A stretch of 64,000 bases of DNA. It comes from Raillietiella orientalis (Eukaryota). Of this stretch, positions 61,748-64,000 are shown one piece after another. The stretch is from NCBI GenBank assembly GCA_036172245.1, contig JAYWIR010000043.1:1-64000 (forward strand), given 5' to 3'. The first letter of the stretch is position 1; each line of letters opens with the position of its first letter. The notes beneath the pieces are model-generated. The model had not been told where the DNA came from and ran no database searches. It saw only the letters and a list, made by a program, of their open reading frames with translations. Both the position numbers and the translations under genes were made by a program.

Positions 61748-64000
61748 TCGAGTGCGGACGTGTTTTCTTCGCTCTCGTCTCCGTGCTGCTTTCATCCGCC
61801 ATCTTGGCGTCGTACATTTTGCGACGACGATGTCGACCCAACTTGAAGCTACTGAAGTTAAAGGAACAGCATCCGGATCACACAATGGGAACCGACGGCC
61901 GCCTCCACTTCGTCTTTCTCGCCGATGGAGAGGAGTTTTGCTGACGTTGCTGCCACAGCAGCCGTCAAAGGGAAACCACTCGACGAGTCGGAGTTGCGGG
62001 CATACGTACCCCAAGGCTATAGACCTTCTCTCCGATATAAGGTGAGTGGCTTTCTTTCTGCGCGCGACGGAAATCAGTTCAACGATGAACTGACCCGTGT
62101 TGGCGTGCGGGAGGATGACCTTCTCGCCATTATGCCCGTAAAAGACATGGGCTATTTCAAGGTGCGTTGCAAAGACGTTGCACTTGTGCAACGCTTGCTG
62201 CGCACCCCGTTGTCGATCCGTGGCCAGAAGGTCTTCCCGGCCGCCATGGACGACTCATTTGTGGCGGAGATTTTCGACATCGATTCGGAAATCTCCGATA
62301 TTGATATTCGGAACGCGTTGGCACAATTCGCCACGGTCCATGCGTTGTGGAGGGTGCGTAGCAACCTCAAGGAGTTTTCGTCCATACACAGCGGAGTCGC
62401 TGGAGTCCGGCTTACAATGCCGGACCGCCGTCTGCTGCCCACCAAACTACAGGTGAAAGACACGGTCGTTCACCTGTGGTTCGTGGGCAAAGTAAGAACG
62501 TGCGAGCAATGCGGGAAGGAGAGGCATTGTTTCGATAAATGCCCTTCTGGAAAATGCCGTTATTGCAAACTATCCGGGCACCAATTGAAAAATTGCCCGG
62601 ATCTTTTGCGAAAAAAGGCAGCCGCAGAGCTCCATTTTAAAAAACAAAGCGCGGATAAAAAGAAAAAATCTGCGAAAAACCTGGAGACTCCAAGGCAGAA
62701 ATTCCGAAATAACGCGAGGCGGAATGTCGCCCCAAAGCAGCAGGAAACCTCGCACGCGAAGCCCTGCGCGCCCCCTCTCGCGGCAGGGGAGCCGCAAAAG
62801 AAAGGGTGCGGGGAATCCGGGGCAATGGTAAGTCCCCCTAGGCGCAATAGCTGTCATTCGCAAGCACGCCCGGCTCTTTCGGAGTTCGAGCAACCGGCGG
62901 GGACGTCAATGGACAACGGCGGTAAGGACACTTCCAGTACCGTCAGATCCATTCCTTCACCTCCTGCAGTGGCTGAGAAGCCCAAATCGGATAAGAAGGG
63001 TTGTGCCGTGTCGACTTCGAAAGTCGGCAAAAAAAAATCCGCGTCGCGTTCCAACACCGCGAAAGCGGAGAAAAATCTCACGCCGTCGCAATCGAAGAGG
63101 AAGCTCTCGACTGGCGCGGATGCCATGCCAACGAAGGGATTAAAATCCCTTCCGAAGGCAGCGTCCATGACGAGCGTGTCGAAGCCATCCAAACTGCTCC
63201 CGTCCAAAGACGCGGATGGCTTCAAAGATGGCACTGGAGCACAATCTCCATTTACGGCGCCACGCGAAGTAAGGAACCGTAATGAAGTAAAGAAGACTTC
63301 AGCAAAGGTCCCTCGTGCAACTGCGCGTGAGCACGCTGAAAACGCGCGCGCCGGGAAAGCAGCCGTCACCAAAAGCGATGCTCTGGTGACGGAAAACGAA
63401 AACAGGACAGCTGTCAATCCAGCAGAACCTGTCACTGTTTCGCGGAAGGCCGAAACCCGATCGACCATGCGCCGGTCGGACTCCGAAATGGATGCCGTTC
63501 CGATCACCGAGACGAGGACAACTCGTTCGAAACCGTGTGCGCGCCGATCAAAAGTAGGCAGCCAGGCAACTCTATCCGCGAAGCCACGCGAAGTCTCCAC
63601 GAAACCCGACGGGGATAAGCCTGGCGTGGAGGCATTACATGCATGCAGCACGACAGAGGACGGTGGCGACCGTCCCCTCCAGCCAGTCGTGCTGCTCGCC
63701 CTCTGCTCGCCGGATAAAGCGAGCAAAAAGCCGCCACCTTCCCAGCAGTAATGCGGGGAATCGCGTCTTCTCGTCGTCTGTCCGTAACGTGTTGGAACGT
63801 GAACGGACTACAGAACGACGTGAAGAGGTGATTAGTAGCCAACGCCCTGCGCCCCTTCGACCTCGCGCTCCTGCAGGAGATTCACGTAATCTGCGACGAG
63901 CAATCAACCGAAATCGAGGAGCGCGCAGGCGGAACGCTACATTGGGGGTGCGGCGGCGCACACACGTGCGGCGTTGCGTTCCTCGTAAGAGGAAAAATGG
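61748..64000 (+). mobile_element. Family A element, array copy 3, running off the window
   Basis: Starts 5901 bp after copy 2. TAATG at 63749-63753. Confidence 0.93.
61925..63751 (+). CDS. ORF1 protein, family A copy 3 (ATG at 61830 is out of frame because of indels)
   Basis: 608 open codons, near-identical to copies 1 and 2. Confidence 0.8.
   Translation: MERSFADVAATAAVKGKPLDESELRAYVPQGYRPSLRYKVSGFLSARDGNQFNDELTRVGVREDDLLAIMPVKDMGYFKVRCKDVALVQRLLRTPLSIRGQKVFPAAMDDSFVAEIFDIDSEISDIDIRNALAQFATVHALWRVRSNLKEFSSIHSGVAGVRLTMPDRRLLPTKLQVKDTVVHLWFVGKVRTCEQCGKERHCFDKCPSGKCRYCKLSGHQLKNCPDLLRKKAAAELHFKKQSADKKKKSAKNLETPRQKFRNNARRNVAPKQQETSHAKPCAPPLAAGEPQKKGCGESGAMVSPPRRNSCHSQARPALSEFEQPAGTSMDNGGKDTSSTVRSIPSPPAVAEKPKSDKKGCAVSTSKVGKKKSASRSNTAKAEKNLTPSQSKRKLSTGADAMPTKGLKSLPKAASMTSVSKPSKLLPSKDADGFKDGTGAQSPFTAPREVRNRNEVKKTSAKVPRATAREHAENARAGKAAVTKSDALVTENENRTAVNPAEPVTVSRKAETRSTMRRSDSEMDAVPITETRTTRSKPCARRSKVGSQATLSAKPREVSTKPDGDKPGVEALHACSTTEDGGDRPLQPVVLLALCSPDKASKKPPPSQQ

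Noticed and set aside
1..64000. Prokaryotic RT systems (retron, DGR, group II intron), CRISPR arrays, tRNA/rRNA genes or host genes
   Set aside because: Every RT is in APE-RT-CCHC L1-type context. I recognised no repeat-spacer array, structural RNA gene or host gene.

Overview
Eukaryotic DNA made almost entirely of nested non-LTR retrotransposons of the L1/Tx1 type. ORF1 has two CCHC knuckles; ORF2 has an APE endonuclease, a YADD reverse transcriptase and a C-terminal CCHC motif. I count about 25 elements or fragments from several families, and none is fully intact. The main observation is that insertion junctions recur at the same codons inside sibling retrotransposons. Family A inserts in sense at the endonuclease GDFN motif and forms a head-to-tail array of three copies or more (49932-64000). 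Family B inserts antisense at the RT DxxKAFD motif. A third lineage (D/E) appears to insert antisense at the RLPxGFG linker. This suggests a set of site-specific retrotransposons that target each other's conserved coding motifs. The families also share a 3' AATAAA-hairpin-GTGAAA end without poly(A), a 5' GGACGTG motif and a TAATG-type ORF1/ORF2 overlap. An old duplicated block (about 14.9-19.7 kb and 20.1-27.9 kb) carries an orphan ORF next to degenerate CCTAA repeats. Family letters are my own labels. All alignments were done by eye, so the boundaries of decayed copies are approximate.
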